Below are positions 12,943 through 26,272 of a stretch of DNA of 64,000 nucleotides, in pieces. The DNA lies in assembly GCF_009914755.1 (NCBI RefSeq), contig NC_060932.1, one strand, 5' to 3'. The notes beneath the pieces are model-generated. The model saw only the letters and a program-made list of their open reading frames with translations, had not been told where the DNA came from and did no database searches. Within the stretch, counting starts at the first letter, position 1; each line of letters opens with the position of its first letter. A program made the position numbers and the translations under genes. This DNA comes from the human T2T-CHM13v2.0 reference genome, Homo sapiens.

Positions 12943-14003
12943 CTATAGGAAAAAATTAATATCATACAAATAACTCTGCTATTATGCTAATATGATGGTT
13001 TTCAAACTATTCTGTAGGAAAATATTTTCCAACAAGGGTCAATATGTATTCCTTGGGGCCAAAATTGTAAATAACCTAAAGGATTTGAGAGTAATATAAA
13101 TATGAATGAAGTTGAATGCTCTGTCTTCATGTAGTGTACATTACCATATTAGTGTACATTACTGTATTAAAGGATCTGAGAGATCATGCCAATAGGAAAA
13201 TGTACTTAACATTTTTAACTCAGCATTTTTCAAATATATTTGATCATGGCCCTTCCCTCTGCCCCTCCTCTTATTTCCTCCCACCCCCAAATAACACCCA
13301 ACAGCTTCATGTTAATATGTTCTGTTAGGTAAAATGGATGGGATGTAAACATTAGGTTTATTTTATGTTTTATATGTATAGTAAATAAAAAATGAATGAT
13401 AAATGAGAAGCTTAAGCCTATCAATTAATATTTTGTTATTTTTTAAATATTCAAACACATATATATTTTGATTATTAAATACTGGCAATATTGAAATCTA
13501 TTGATGATAAAAATATGATGTATTTCACATACATGTGCTAGTCACTCAGTAAGTATTAGCTGGTGAATATAAATATAAAAATAATGCTTTCAACCTCTCC
13601 TCAGAAAGTCAAGTATGCTGAGTAATTTTTCTTAATTGATGGTGGAGTATTGATAATTCATTCTTATATTTGGCTTTTCCACTGATATGCAAATCATAAT
13701 GGTCAAAGAATGAAGAAAATCAAACTAATTAAGGATGTTATCTTTATCATAGATGACTGCATATTAAGTTTCTTTGTAAGTTAAAAAACTCAGTCTCACT
13801 ACAATTAATTATCATTGTCATAATCATCACCACCACCACCATCACCATGTTGTAACTAAATAGTCAAATATGTCATCTTTATTTTAAAACATTTTTAAAA
13901 TTCCAGAATCAGTTTATATAATAACAAAAATTATAATAAACAAAATTAGTTTATTTTCTGTTGAACCCAACTCAGTTAATGGCAATCCACAGATATACAT
14001 TAC

Positions 14004-14104
14004 CTGCATAAATTCAGGTCGCAGATTTTTTAATCCATAAGGTTGCTGTACAGTTAAATGCAGAAAATTACGTCCAAAATTATCTTTTATGTCTACTTGG
14101 GCAC
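14004..14104 (-). CDS. TRPA1: TRPA1 exon 10 (AQVDIKDNFGRNFLHLTV...LRPEFMQ; includes P394)
   Basis: TAG|...|GTAATG, 101 nt. Confidence 0.96.
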
Positions 14105-14803
14105 CTAAAAAAAAACACTATGTAAATATAAATTCTATTCATTTATTTAAAGCAATGTTTACGTGGATTTTCAACTTAGCAAAAAAAAATTTGACTAAAA
14201 ATATTGTCGACCTTTAGTTTACAGGAAATTGTGTTTAGATGAGAAAACTAAACATATTTAAAATCAGGTTTAACTTACTCTCTGTGTGTGTGTGTGTCTG
14301 TATGTGTAAGTGGGGTAGAAAATATGTGATGCATTACATAAATACATGAAGCCTTACCTTTTAAAGCATAAAATGTAAGTATAGACACATTAGAGATCAA
14401 GAAAGAAGAAGATAGCAGAGAAGGACACCTCGCTCCTTTGTTATCAGAGGCCCAGGTTAGAATCTAAAACAGGGAAAGTTATAGTACCTACACCACACAG
14501 GACTGATACATTGAAAGACAGTTAATTAAATGTTCAGCAAATGCCTGGGATATAACAATTGCTTTATAAATGTTCTCTACTATTGTTCTGAAATTATCTT
14601 TTTAAGTATGCTCCCTTACTGGACAGAAAATTATTCTAGACATGAAAACTGTTCTGTTTATTTTTAAATTCACAACACCTGGCCCAGGGCCTGGCACACA
14701 ATAGATGGTGGCACACAATGAATGTTCATTTGGCACACAGTGAATGTTCATCCAACCAAATTGAGTGGCACTTCAAAAGACTTGGCTTGTTCCCTCTTGG
14801 TAC

Positions 14804-14903
14804 CTTTAGAGAGTAGCAAATTTACAATATTCCAAGATGCAGAAGCAGTTGCTAATATAAGTGGAGAGCGTCCTTCAGAATCGATCTTATTAATATCTGC
14901 TCC
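14804..14903 (-). CDS. TRPA1: TRPA1 exon 9 (GADINKIDSEGRSPLILATASASWNIVNLLLSK)
   Basis: TAG|...|GTACCA, 100 nt. Confidence 0.96.
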
Positions 14904-16476
14904 CTAAAAATCAAACAAACCATTCAACAAAGAGCTTAGAAACAGATAAATCATAATATATTGTAATCTCTAACTAATGGTAATTCATTGATACAGAGTG
15001 TCTATATTATGGCTAGCACTGAACCATACGACTAGTTATAGAATTATTTGAAAGTTTCCCATAGTTCATATGTTGTATCATCAGAAATCAAGAAATTCGT
15101 TTATAATTTCAACAAGAAATTATTCTCACATATTAGGCTTTTTACTTACACCTGGCAATAGCTCTTGTTACCGCTTGAACCATAAAAATAATATCTTTTT
15201 ACTTAGATCAAGTTTAGTTTCCACTGCAAGAAATAATTTTTAAATGTCTATAATTTTAAAACTCTCCCAAATTCATTACATATATGATTTAAGAAACATT
15301 TACAAAACACCATTCACTTTTTTTAAAAATCCTATTTTATTGGAAATAGATGAACTGAAATAATTGAATCGAAATCACTCAAATTCTAAAGTAAAACTTT
15401 AGCCAAACATTTATTTAAGAAAATTTACATTTAAAAATCACATTAAACATATATTTTTAAATGAATAAGTCAATGTTAACCATTACATATTATAATATTT
15501 GATATGACAAGAAATCAAAGGCCTTTTAAAATTTCATGGAAATAATCCTGTATTTTATATAGGGTAATAAAAAATAGCTTAAAATCCAAACGTGAATATT
15601 TCTTTGTTCTTTTGGGGCCCAATGAATATAGATGACAATGGGGGCAGCATCCCCTTGGCAAGCTCCACGGTCAGTGAGGCTCTGCCACAGTTCTCTTGCC
15701 TGGTGAAGAGATGGCAGCCTTTGCAGGAAACCATGCATGACTATGGTTTATGGTTTATGGCATATAATGCATACTTTATGGCATATAATGAGTCTCCCCA
15801 GCACTCTTCTCTGTAATTATCATAATTTCAATAGTTATGATTGACAACACACACATGTTCAATACTACAAATGGAAATCCGTCATTGCTGATATGGTGCA
15901 GCTTACGTAAATTCACCATACATTCATCCGTATAAAGGGCATATTAAAATTCAACTCAAAAGCTGACTGATTCCACTTCCCAGAGTGAAAAAGATCTCAT
16001 GCTTCATGCTTTCACTTGTAATAAATCTTTGACAATATTTTTCAACTCCTCAGTTTTTAAAGGTGGCACTGAGGCATCTGGGATAGGAGTTTCCCCCCGT
16101 GCTGCCTGTCCTGCCTCCACCTTAAAGCCACCAGGGCTGAAGAAGGGGCACCGCCCAAGCTCACACTCCCGGAAGACCCTCTTACAGGCCATGGGAACAG
16201 CTTTCCTTGCAATGTACCTGCCAACTTCCTGCACTAAAAACACTGATATGGATATCCAAATTACGCTTTGACACTTCTAACTGTAATAGTTTGGCTGTTA
16301 CGTATTCATACGCAATATACTCTGCTTCCAAGTATGTCAATCATCATTTTGTACACGTTTTGCTGATAAGCAAGAAATTAAAATTTGCTTCATTTTTGAA
16401 AATCCATATTATGTAATTATATGATTTCTTCAATTATAAATAGTAATAAAAATAAACCAGTAAAAGGAATAGTTAC

Positions 16477-16525
16477 CACTGAAATTAAATAGTCTGCTAG
16501 CTCATGGTGATCAAACAATGAAGCT
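16477..16525 (-). CDS. TRPA1: TRPA1 exon 8 (ASLFDHHELADYLISV)
   Basis: CAG|...|GTAACT, 49 nt; too short for the ORF track, read by hand. Confidence 0.95.
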
Positions 16526-18711
16526 CTGAAAAAACAGAATTATAAACATTATAATTAAAGTACTATTGATGTAAATAAAATGTATTTAATAAAGCTACTA
16601 TATTCGGAAAGTGAATTTAACTAATCATAAAATAACATGATAGAATGTTAGAGAATTAGTAAGCTTTCAAAATTTATAATTTGATTCTGATTAGGGTAGC
16701 ATTTTCAAAGTAATAATAATAGGAGAACACCAAATACATCATATTTTCTTCCTCATCCTTTAAGAAACCTATTTTATCTTGTAAAATCACCGTAAAGATG
16801 TTTGAAGTGAGTAGTAACGTCTGTCCCAAGATAGAAAAGACAAGGAAATCACTGGTATTGCTATGATCATGGGGAATAGAACAGCTACATGTAAGGTGTC
16901 CCTCAAATTCACTTGCAGGTTCAAAAGCCCCTCTTTGGGGGGCTTCTCTTTGGCAAAAGTTAAAAGGCAGTGTTAGCTTTTCTGAGTTTTTATGAAGCCA
17001 AAAATAATTATGGAGAGAACTGAAAACATTTTGGTATCATCTCACAGGCAGTCATAAGCAACACCATAACAAATGTTAATACTAATGACTTAAAGCTTTG
17101 TGTTTCCTATCGCAAATCTCATTTCTTTGTTTCAAGCTTCTCTCAGCTATTTTTGGCCTTTTATACATAAATTTCAGAATCAGTTTGTTAATTTGATTGA
17201 CAAGAGGTTGCATTATATTTAAAATATATTAATTATATTTAGTAATTATAAGGGAATAAATTCTAACATTAAGGCCCCATTTTCCTAAGATAATTTCTCA
17301 TTATGCATATTAATATATTAAGGCTGTGTTCTAAAGATACATTTAACAATAACCAAATCATTGGGTTTGTAAATTGGTGAAACATTGGAATCAAAGAGTT
17401 TTTTTCTTTAATTCCTGAGATTCATCTTAAAGATTTTCATATCTTCTAGGTTATAAATTGGCACTGGGATTTTGTGAGCTACCCACGTGATTCTAATGTG
17501 CAACAGTTTGAGAATTTCTGGTCTAGAGGTTAGTCTATCTATTGAGTTTTCATTTTATTTCAATGGCTTTTTTAACTTATTTTTTACTGAATTATTTTCA
17601 TATCACCAATCCTGGATTCATATACGACAATCTGTTTTTCACAATCTTACGTTATCTTCATATATTTAGTTTTATATAACTGATTATTCCTTCCTTTAAA
17701 TTTTTGAAGGTCTCAAATATCTTTATTTTAAAATTCTTTTTGGAATGCCGTATTATTTCTATTTTCTTGGAAGTAAATTTGTCTTTGGTCAACTTCGTAG
17801 TTTTTTACTAGTTTTATGCTATTAAATTTTAGGTTGCAAATTCATTCTAAGAGGGAGTTCCTTTCCATTCACACATATCCTATTGTGCCTGGTGGTTTGC
17901 TGCGTGCATTTATTAGAAACAGATCTTATATTGGTAGCTATAGTTTCTTTTTTTTTTTTTTCTAAGAGATACTGTAGAATTCCAGGTCCAGTTGCCTATT
18001 GAAAATATATTGGCAGCTCTGACTGTGTGTGCTTGTGTGTGTGTGCACGTGTGTGTGGAAGAGACCAAGAGAGTGAAGGCTCATCTCAGATACCTCTTTC
18101 ACTCACATGGGTAGCATCTGATACTTGTCTTTCCAAAAGAATTGAATTTCCAGTCTACAAGTAAGCCTATGGCTTAATACACTTTGCCTGATGTGCGTTT
18201 CTGTTAAACTTCAAATAAATTTGTTATTGTTTTTGGAAACTTGGTTATAATTTCCTAAAACTATATCTTTTGAAACCATTTATCTATAATTGTTGGTGAG
18301 CAGGAGGGATTAGTGTGGGGGTGACATATCCATATGTATCTGCTCCATTTTTATCACTAAAAATGGGGATAAAATAAATATGAGAAATTGGAACAGATTA
18401 GAAATGGCTTGGAAGACCGTGTATGTAGACTTCTTTAGCACATAGAAAATTAATCTTGAGCCTACATCCACTGGACTTGAATCAGAATATGCCACAGGTG
18501 ATTTTATTTTGTGAAATTTCTTTAACATTCTACTCCCATTCCCAAGGAACATACGCGATTCCGGTTGATCCACAGGGTCTTTGTTATCTTTGCCCTTTTC
18601 CTTTGAACCACAAAATCTTTGCTAGCATTAGTGCTAACTGCTCCTTGCAATGTCTAATTTCACTCATGAAGATGAAAAATCTGTATACAGAATGATAGGT
18701 AGGAAACTTGC

Positions 18712-18848
18712 CTGTGAAGCATGGTCTCATGACATCCATCGGTTGTGTTAACAATATCCACGCTACCAGAATAGGACGATATCATCAGTTTAACAATCTC
18801 AGTGGCTCCCTGGGTGGCAGCAAAATGAATGGCTGTGCACCTTCCCTT
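18712..18848 (-). CDS. TRPA1: TRPA1 exon 7 (KGRCTAIHFAATQGATEIVK...HETMLH)
   Basis: CAG| acceptor; non-canonical CAG|GCAAGT donor; 137 nt keeps frame with exon 8. Confidence 0.95.
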
Positions 18849-19885
18849 CTGTAAAGGGTTTTAATGCTAGAATCAATGTTTAAATCTCAATGAAAGAATA
18901 TAACTTATATTCAGCTGTGAGCTTTTTCTTCCCAGGTTCATAAAATCAAGGAATATCTATCAGGCTGATCACCATTAATCATCTGAAATGTGATAGATAT
19001 TCCTTGATTTTATGGACCTGCAAAGAAAAGCATCCACAAACAAATTGTAGCTGACAATTGTGCTTCCTTCTAATATAACAACTCTTGGCATACACTTCCA
19101 CCATTACTGTCTGGATGCCATTCTTTTCCCCAGGGAACATGAGAACAATGTCCCATTCATTGCTGTAAGCATTCAGTGTAGGAAGTGACTTCAGACCCCA
19201 TACCACCATTGGCAGCTCTTCATTTCCATATTGAAGGGACAATATAGAAAAAGTTAAAAGGCAGTGTTAGCTTTTCTGAGTTTTTATGAAGTTTCCAGAA
19301 GCCACATGAGATTAATATCCAATCTTCTCTTCCTACAGAAAATACAGGCCTTTGCAGTATCTTGGAGGGGAGCTTGTTGCCACCCAAAACTCAGACATTG
19401 AAGGAAAAAGGGCCAGAACTCTCCACTTTTGGTCAGAGATGCCTGCCATAAGGTCAGATCCCAAACACAGTCAACACGTTCACATACATATTCTTAGAAA
19501 TTAGTTAAGTGGTCCTTAATTTAAAAATGATAACTCTTCTGAGTAGGACTAAAGCCAAATACATTCATGATTGGGCTTTAATGTTCCTGGCTGAACATTA
19601 TCATCTTCTGAGGGTAGGCCTTAACTTCTTTAATGGCAACTGCACTAGATATATAGTCTTTGTTGTATCTATATTTGTGTCTGCAATTGTTTTGGGGAGC
19701 TCTGAAAATTCTTTACATAGATTGAAACTTGGGATATTCTCTTGTTCTGCTTCTGCAGAAGCAGAAGGAAATATGTATTTCTTGTATGTATTTCAATCTA
19801 AATTAACTGTAAAAGAGCTATAAAGCATTTTATATGTTTATGACAACTCTAAGATAAAAGTGTTATATAGAATATGAAGAGTTAC

Positions 19886-20031
19886 CTCCACTGGGTCTAT
19901 TTGTGCACCATTGTCCAGGCACATTTTGATCATTTCCAAGTCACCATTTTGCACAGCCAGGTGGAGAGGGGTGGCTTTCCCATTATTCATAAAGTTAATG
20001 TGCAACTGTCTACTGTACCCATGCTCTTCAC
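19886..20031 (-). CDS. TRPA1: TRPA1 exon 6 (EEHGYSRQ...ATPLHLAVQNGD...DPVE)
   Basis: AAG|...|GTAACT, 146 nt. Confidence 0.97.
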
Positions 20032-20186
20032 CTTGAGAAGAAAATAACATTCAACATAACAAATATATAAAATAAATAATAGGGAGGTTTTTTGTTAAAA
20101 AATATGAACAAAGGTAAAAAAACAATGAAAGGGCACCGAGACACATAAAAGCTTGTGTTTAATTCTGTTAAATATTTTTCAAATTA

Positions 20187-20486
<300 letters not shown>

Positions 20487-20548
20487 TTAATAGCATCCAC
20501 CAAAATAGACTTATTTATAGTATATAACATAGAAAAGCCTCAACTCAC

Positions 20549-20657
20549 CAAACCTTAGTATTATTTCCATGCATTCTTTGGAACCTGAAAATGCAGCTTG
20601 GTGAATAGGGAAACATCCCCATTTATTTGATTTACATGGCTTAGCTCCTTTGTTAAG
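20549..20657 (-). CDS. TRPA1: TRPA1 exon 5 (LNKGAKPCKSNKWGCFPIHQAAF...LRF)
   Basis: CAG|...|GTGAGT, 109 nt. Confidence 0.97.
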
Positions 20658-22527
20658 CTGGAAGAAAAGACAAAATGAAAAATGACACCAGTTAAACCCC
20701 AAATCGCAAGGGTGGATGAGAATTTATGTGCCTCTCCCATATCATTTTACTATTATATGTCTATGTAAAAGTACATAGAGAGCTTCATATGTTATGAAAT
20801 CTAGGCAAGAAGGTAATTTTGAAGTAGACTAAGATTCTGAAATAGAGATATTTTATATCTTCCAAAGAAGTAACAATGTAGACACAACATCTATCTTGAT
20901 ACCACAGCAATAAAGTCAACACATTTTTCAATGGGATTAATGAGATTTTTGAAGACATTATCATGACTTCCATAACTATTTTCAGTTTCTTATGCAAATA
21001 AAGTGATATATCCTAGATTCTTTTCCCTTTATTTATGCAAAATTAATAAATGAATGTGCCACTACTCTTGTTAAGCCATGATAATCAAATATTTTCACTA
21101 ATGAAGTTTCCTAACTAAAAAGATGTTAGAAGAACTGAATGTTATATTATGTTTTCATGTGATCCAATCATTTTAAACTACCATTCTCTGTAAATCATTA
21201 GCCTTCAGTTTTAAGTACCTCTAATTACTACAAGAAATTATTGTGAAAAAGTAGAAAAGTGTGAAGAAGCCAATACCACCTGTAATCTCAGCTTTTAGAG
21301 GTAGTATCAGTTTACTCTATACATAATAGTCCAGAAATTATATATATATAATATATATATATGTAGAGAGTCCAGAAATTGAAGATGTACTCTGTAAAAT
21401 CATATATTAAAGAATATTGTTAAGTAAAAGCTTTTTTGAACAATATTATCATACAGTATACACATAAATTAAACTTGCAAGGAAACCAGACTTTAAAAAT
21501 ATATTGTTTTCTGTAGTATTTTCAACAATACTTTTCTTTATTCCAATTTTCTTGTGGTTAATTTAAGGCTCTTTTCCTAAATTCTTGGTTTGAGTGTTAG
21601 TTAACTTATTTTTATTCTCTTTATCATTTATTCTCTTTGTGGTCCAATCATGACAGCTTAGAGTATGTACCTATCTCTAAGTCCATCTAGTAAAGGTGCT
21701 AAAACATATTTGTATGGCACATTTAAACATTAGGTAAATATTTTTAAATTATTTAATTGCATTTTCTTATTCTCTGAGATGGTGAAGAGGCAAAATCAAG
21801 TGGTAAAAATACAGATGCTGGCCTAGATAACATACAAGTAACTAATGAATATTTGAAAAAAGTCTATTTGCCGGCATTCTAACAGCACACTCAGATGGAG
21901 CACTGCCAGAAGCAGGAGGAAGTCATGTAGACAATCATCTCCATCGCTTCACTGGACCACGCCAGGAAGCCTCACCAGAGACAAGGCTGGCTCTACTCTC
22001 AGGCATGTGGCTAAGAACCTTTGTCATTACATCATACAGGGCTCTGTTTTTGAGACCCAATGACAATAATTTCTTCAGGTCTTGGGAGCTGTGTTTCCTT
22101 TGACTTTTCTCTTATGGGCCAAATAAGTCTGCAACTGACTATATTCATCTTTCCTTTGACTATTCAGAAGCTCAGAATCATACATTTGATCCATCTTTAT
22201 AACATCCAGGCCATTATACTTTGTATTTTGCATTCTAGCCTGACCACCAGCTTCATCTCAACTTTTCCTGCCTGTAATTTCTTTTCACTTTGATTTTCTC
22301 GAAATTTTCTTTACTGCTTTACTATTAGTCTTCTATAAGCAATCTCAGATCCTCTTAAGCGGGGAGTACATATACAAAAACACATAGAAAAACTTTTTTC
22401 CTGACCTAGTTTTTGTATTTTATATTTTTCTAAGGAGAAAAACTTAAGAGATTTTGTAAATAATAATAATCCATGTTGTATTCATGAAAAGATAAAGAAA
22501 GCAGACAGATATGACAAATATACAAAC

Positions 22528-22635
22528 CAAAATCTGCAATGCTTCGCTATTATTTGTGGTGCACGCAATGATCACAGCTGTGTTTCCATTTTCTCCTTCC
22601 AAATTAACATCAATAGTTCTATGCTCAAGCAAGAC
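22528..22635 (-). CDS. TRPA1: TRPA1 exon 4 (VLLEHRTIDVNLEGENGNTAVIIAC...LQIL)
   Basis: TAG|...|GTTTGT, 108 nt, phase 0-0. Confidence 0.96.
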
Positions 22636-25600
22636 CTAAAAAAAGGGGAGAATAATTGTCAAAATTTTTGCAGATTTCCAAATAAGGTACTTGCCTTCCA
22701 CTAGAGTTTAAGTTTTCAAATACCAGGGACCATGTCTGTTTATCTTTTATTCATCCTTCTCTCACACAATCTGGCACAAAATCTTGCACATTGTGGGTAC
22801 TAACTAATTTCCCCATTAGATGAAATAATCATGATTTCAACATCACAACAATCAAGGCAATACTGAGTTCTGGAATTATAAATAAAATAAGAATTATAGA
22901 TACTAGTTATCATAGCTTCACTTAATACTTCTGACTTGTATTAAGTGAAGTTATGTTAACTAATATTTTCAGGAAAATAAATTTGTGGAGCCATTAGAAA
23001 GTGCTCATGGTGGAGGGGGAAGAGAGGTAGGGAAGAAGGAAGAGAGTAAAAGAGAGAGAAAGAAGGAGGGAGGGAGAAAAAGCAGGAAGGGATTTTTTTT
23101 CTCCTCCAGTTATTTTTCTTTTACCTGGATTGCAAGAATTTTGGGACATGTCAGTGGACACTCTATTCTCTTCAGAGTTTTGTGTGGTGTAACCCAATTA
23201 ATTCAAACTTGGCCTGGAATGGAAACTTTCTCTACAATGTAAGAAATTAGCATCCTGATAAAATGATCAAGCAATTTTTCTGATGGAATTTCATTGAAGA
23301 TCTGTTACCTCCTCACCTGGTTGACTGCCATCTGATTACTGCCCAAGCATCTATAGGTCTTTGACTAGTCTTTATTTTATATTCAATGTAACAAAATTAT
23401 CTCATATAAATGTCTCATCAAATCTTTGAATTGGTCTACTGGAGGCTTTTCCTCCTGCAGAAAGACTATGATAAATGATGACATGTCCTTATAATTAAAT
23501 AATGTTAAAAGAATTCATTAAATCAGCTGTTTCTTAAAAATCTTGACTTCTTTGAAAAAAGTATGCAACCTCCTACCAGAGCCTCTTGTTAACAGAACGT
23601 ATCCCTTGTGAGTGTCAGCAAATGAATTAGGTTTATTAATTAGCTCTGCTCATAAAGGAAAATTAAACTCAGATTTTAGTACATAAGAATAGGTGGAGAA
23701 ATGATTGACGGATTAAGGGAAATGAGAACATAAGATTCCTTCCATGGACTTTAGGCATCATCGCATTCTGTTCTTAAGAAACTCTAGATTCACATGGAAA
23801 ATAGCCTACCAAAGTCTACAAGAAGAGGCTTTTCTCTCTTTGCCCTCTTAGAATCATAGATCATAAAGGTATAGCTGTGTTCAGTTATATGTGGCAGGGA
23901 TCCCAGAGAGAGCAACTAAACTGTGCACCTACTTCAAATTCAGTCATGACCAGGCAAGTCTGGAAGGTTTGGAGGTGAGCCCTCCACAGGTCCCTTGGTT
24001 GAGAATCTGGAAAGCCTCATGGAAGGGTCAAACAACTGGATAGTTTGAATTAAAGCCCCAAGGACTAAGGTCTGCAGGCTACTGAGAAACAAAACCACCC
24101 CCTAATCCCCAGGCCAATGTGTCCCAGGGAATATTATGCATACCATAAATCATTGTGCAAGAACTTGAAGTGATGCGTGGATGACAGTTTTTTACTTTAC
24201 AACCATTATAGGCAGCAGAGGAAGGTTTGAGGGACGGTCAGTGGAGCAGTCAATGGAGCAGCTTCTAAACTGGCAGGGGCTGGGTGTTTACAGGCCGGAC
24301 CATGGGCATAACTGGGAGAGGCACGTAGAAAAGATTGCTGTTTGCAAGCATGAGGGGAGACATTCCAAAAAACCTTCTCCTCCTTCTATTCCTGTCATCT
24401 CTGGTGAACCAGAGGAGTCTGAAAATATTTTTACACATAGTTGTGGTTGGTAAGACCAAATAAAGGAGAGTCAATTTTACTTAGAACTCTATTTTTCTGC
24501 TTGTCCTGGTGTCACCAGGAAAATTTGTTTTATGTCTATCACTGAGTTTATGAATCAGTTAGGAGCTTTATTTTCCATTTCTATGTGATACCTACCTTTC
24601 TGTATTTGTTGGTCTGGAGATTTCTGCTTTCTAATTAACAATAGTCTTTCAACAGTTACCTATCTTCAATTCCCAAACCACACTTTCACGGCCAATATTA
24701 AGTTAATAGGTATGTGTTCTTGAAAAGAGCCTTCAGAGGGAGCACAGAGCTCCATGAGGAAATATTTGATATCTCTGCGGGAGTCCCTGTAGTCACTAGT
24801 GGCCCAACCCAGATGATACAGAAATAGCACTTGGCTCATGAATAATGAATAAAAAAATAACAGCTTGTTGCCAGAGGACTTTCTAGTAACCTCTTCAGGG
24901 AGCCACCCTGACCCATCTCATAGGTACTGAGACTTCAGCTCTCCCCTTCTCAGTCAGCCAGAACTCCCATTTACTCATTCATTCATTCATTCAACAGCCA
25001 TCATTTACCAGCACAGTGCTGAGGAATAAGAGATACTTGAATTAGTAAGACACACCTCTTCCCTCAAGGATAATTAGCCAGTAGGGAAGAAAAGCACATG
25101 AACATTTGATTCCAATATCACGTGTTAAGGATTTTAATAGAGCCACATACAAGGTACAGTAGGAAAGCAGAAAGTGGCTCCTCTCAAACCTTTTATGCCA
25201 GACTTAAAGGAGCCAAAGCCTCAGAGGGCTGAGAGAAAGTTTTCTGGGCTAAAGGGAGCCTGAAACTCATGGAACTCTTTGGATATTGTTTCTACCAGAA
25301 AACTTATTATAAGTTCCAAATAGCCTACCTTAGAAATGAACTTCTGGAACATGCTCCATTTGTAAATTGCATTCTTCATCCTTTAGGCATGTTTGTGTTC
25401 TAGGGTGTTTGAGAGACTCTGAGATGTAGTTTAAAAACCATGGCCTAATTCTTACCCTTTAGCAATTTTCCAGGGTTTCCTCTATTTGACCGAATTTACT
25501 CTTACACCTTGAAAACCAATAGGATGTTTCCCAGTGGTATCCTTATGTCTTCTGCTAACTAATCTGACAGGCCATCCATTCTAACAAAAATAGAGAATCA

Positions 25601-26096
25601 TAATTATGTTTTCTGTTTTCACTGAGTCTCTCATTACCTTCCTCCTTTTAGTCATTAAATCAGTCAGGTAAAAGTGATAAAGCCTAAATCTGAAAACATA
25701 AAGATGAAAACAAAATTCCTTAGTCTTGCATTTTTACTTGTGGTGTGATGTTAGCCAAGTTATTCAAATTCTTTTGGCACCTCAGTGTACTCAGCTATGA
25801 AATAAGAATACTAGTGGAATTACTTCATAGTGGGTTTGCTTAGATGAGAATTCAATAAACAAACACACACAAAGCTCTCATGAAAATGCCCGGTAAATAA
25901 GAACTATTCAATAAAGTCAAAACTAATCATCATCATCATCATTAGTTAGTGAGAAGTAAAGCAAATGTAATAATTGCATTTTGTTTGCCATGGAAGCTTA
26001 GAAGGTGCTCATCCTGGTGCAAGCAGAGAGAGCTGGATCTGGGTCCCAGCACCTGCACCGCCGGTCAGGCCCTTTGGAGCCGGCCAGTAGCCTTAC

Positions 26097-26272
26097 CTTC
26101 ATCACCTCATTATTCATGCCCTGCACAGCTATGTGGAGAGGAGCCATCATGTTGAAGTTTCGGAGGTTTGGGTTTGCTCCTCTGCTGAGAAGAAACTTAA
26201 CGCTTTCAATTTGGTTTTTTTCTACAGCACAATGCAGAGGGGTATTTCCATAATCATCCATTTCATGCAGCA
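26097..26272 (-). CDS. TRPA1: TRPA1 exon 3 (ankyrin; GNTPLHCAV...MAPLHIAV...VMK)
   Basis: TAG|...|GTAAGG, 176 nt, TPLH ankyrin motif. Confidence 0.97.

Noticed and set aside
14708-14750. 21-bp imperfect tandem duplication TGGCACACA(A/G)TGAATGTTCAT
   Set aside because: Two copies only, beside L2/MIR-like sequence; ordinary slippage event
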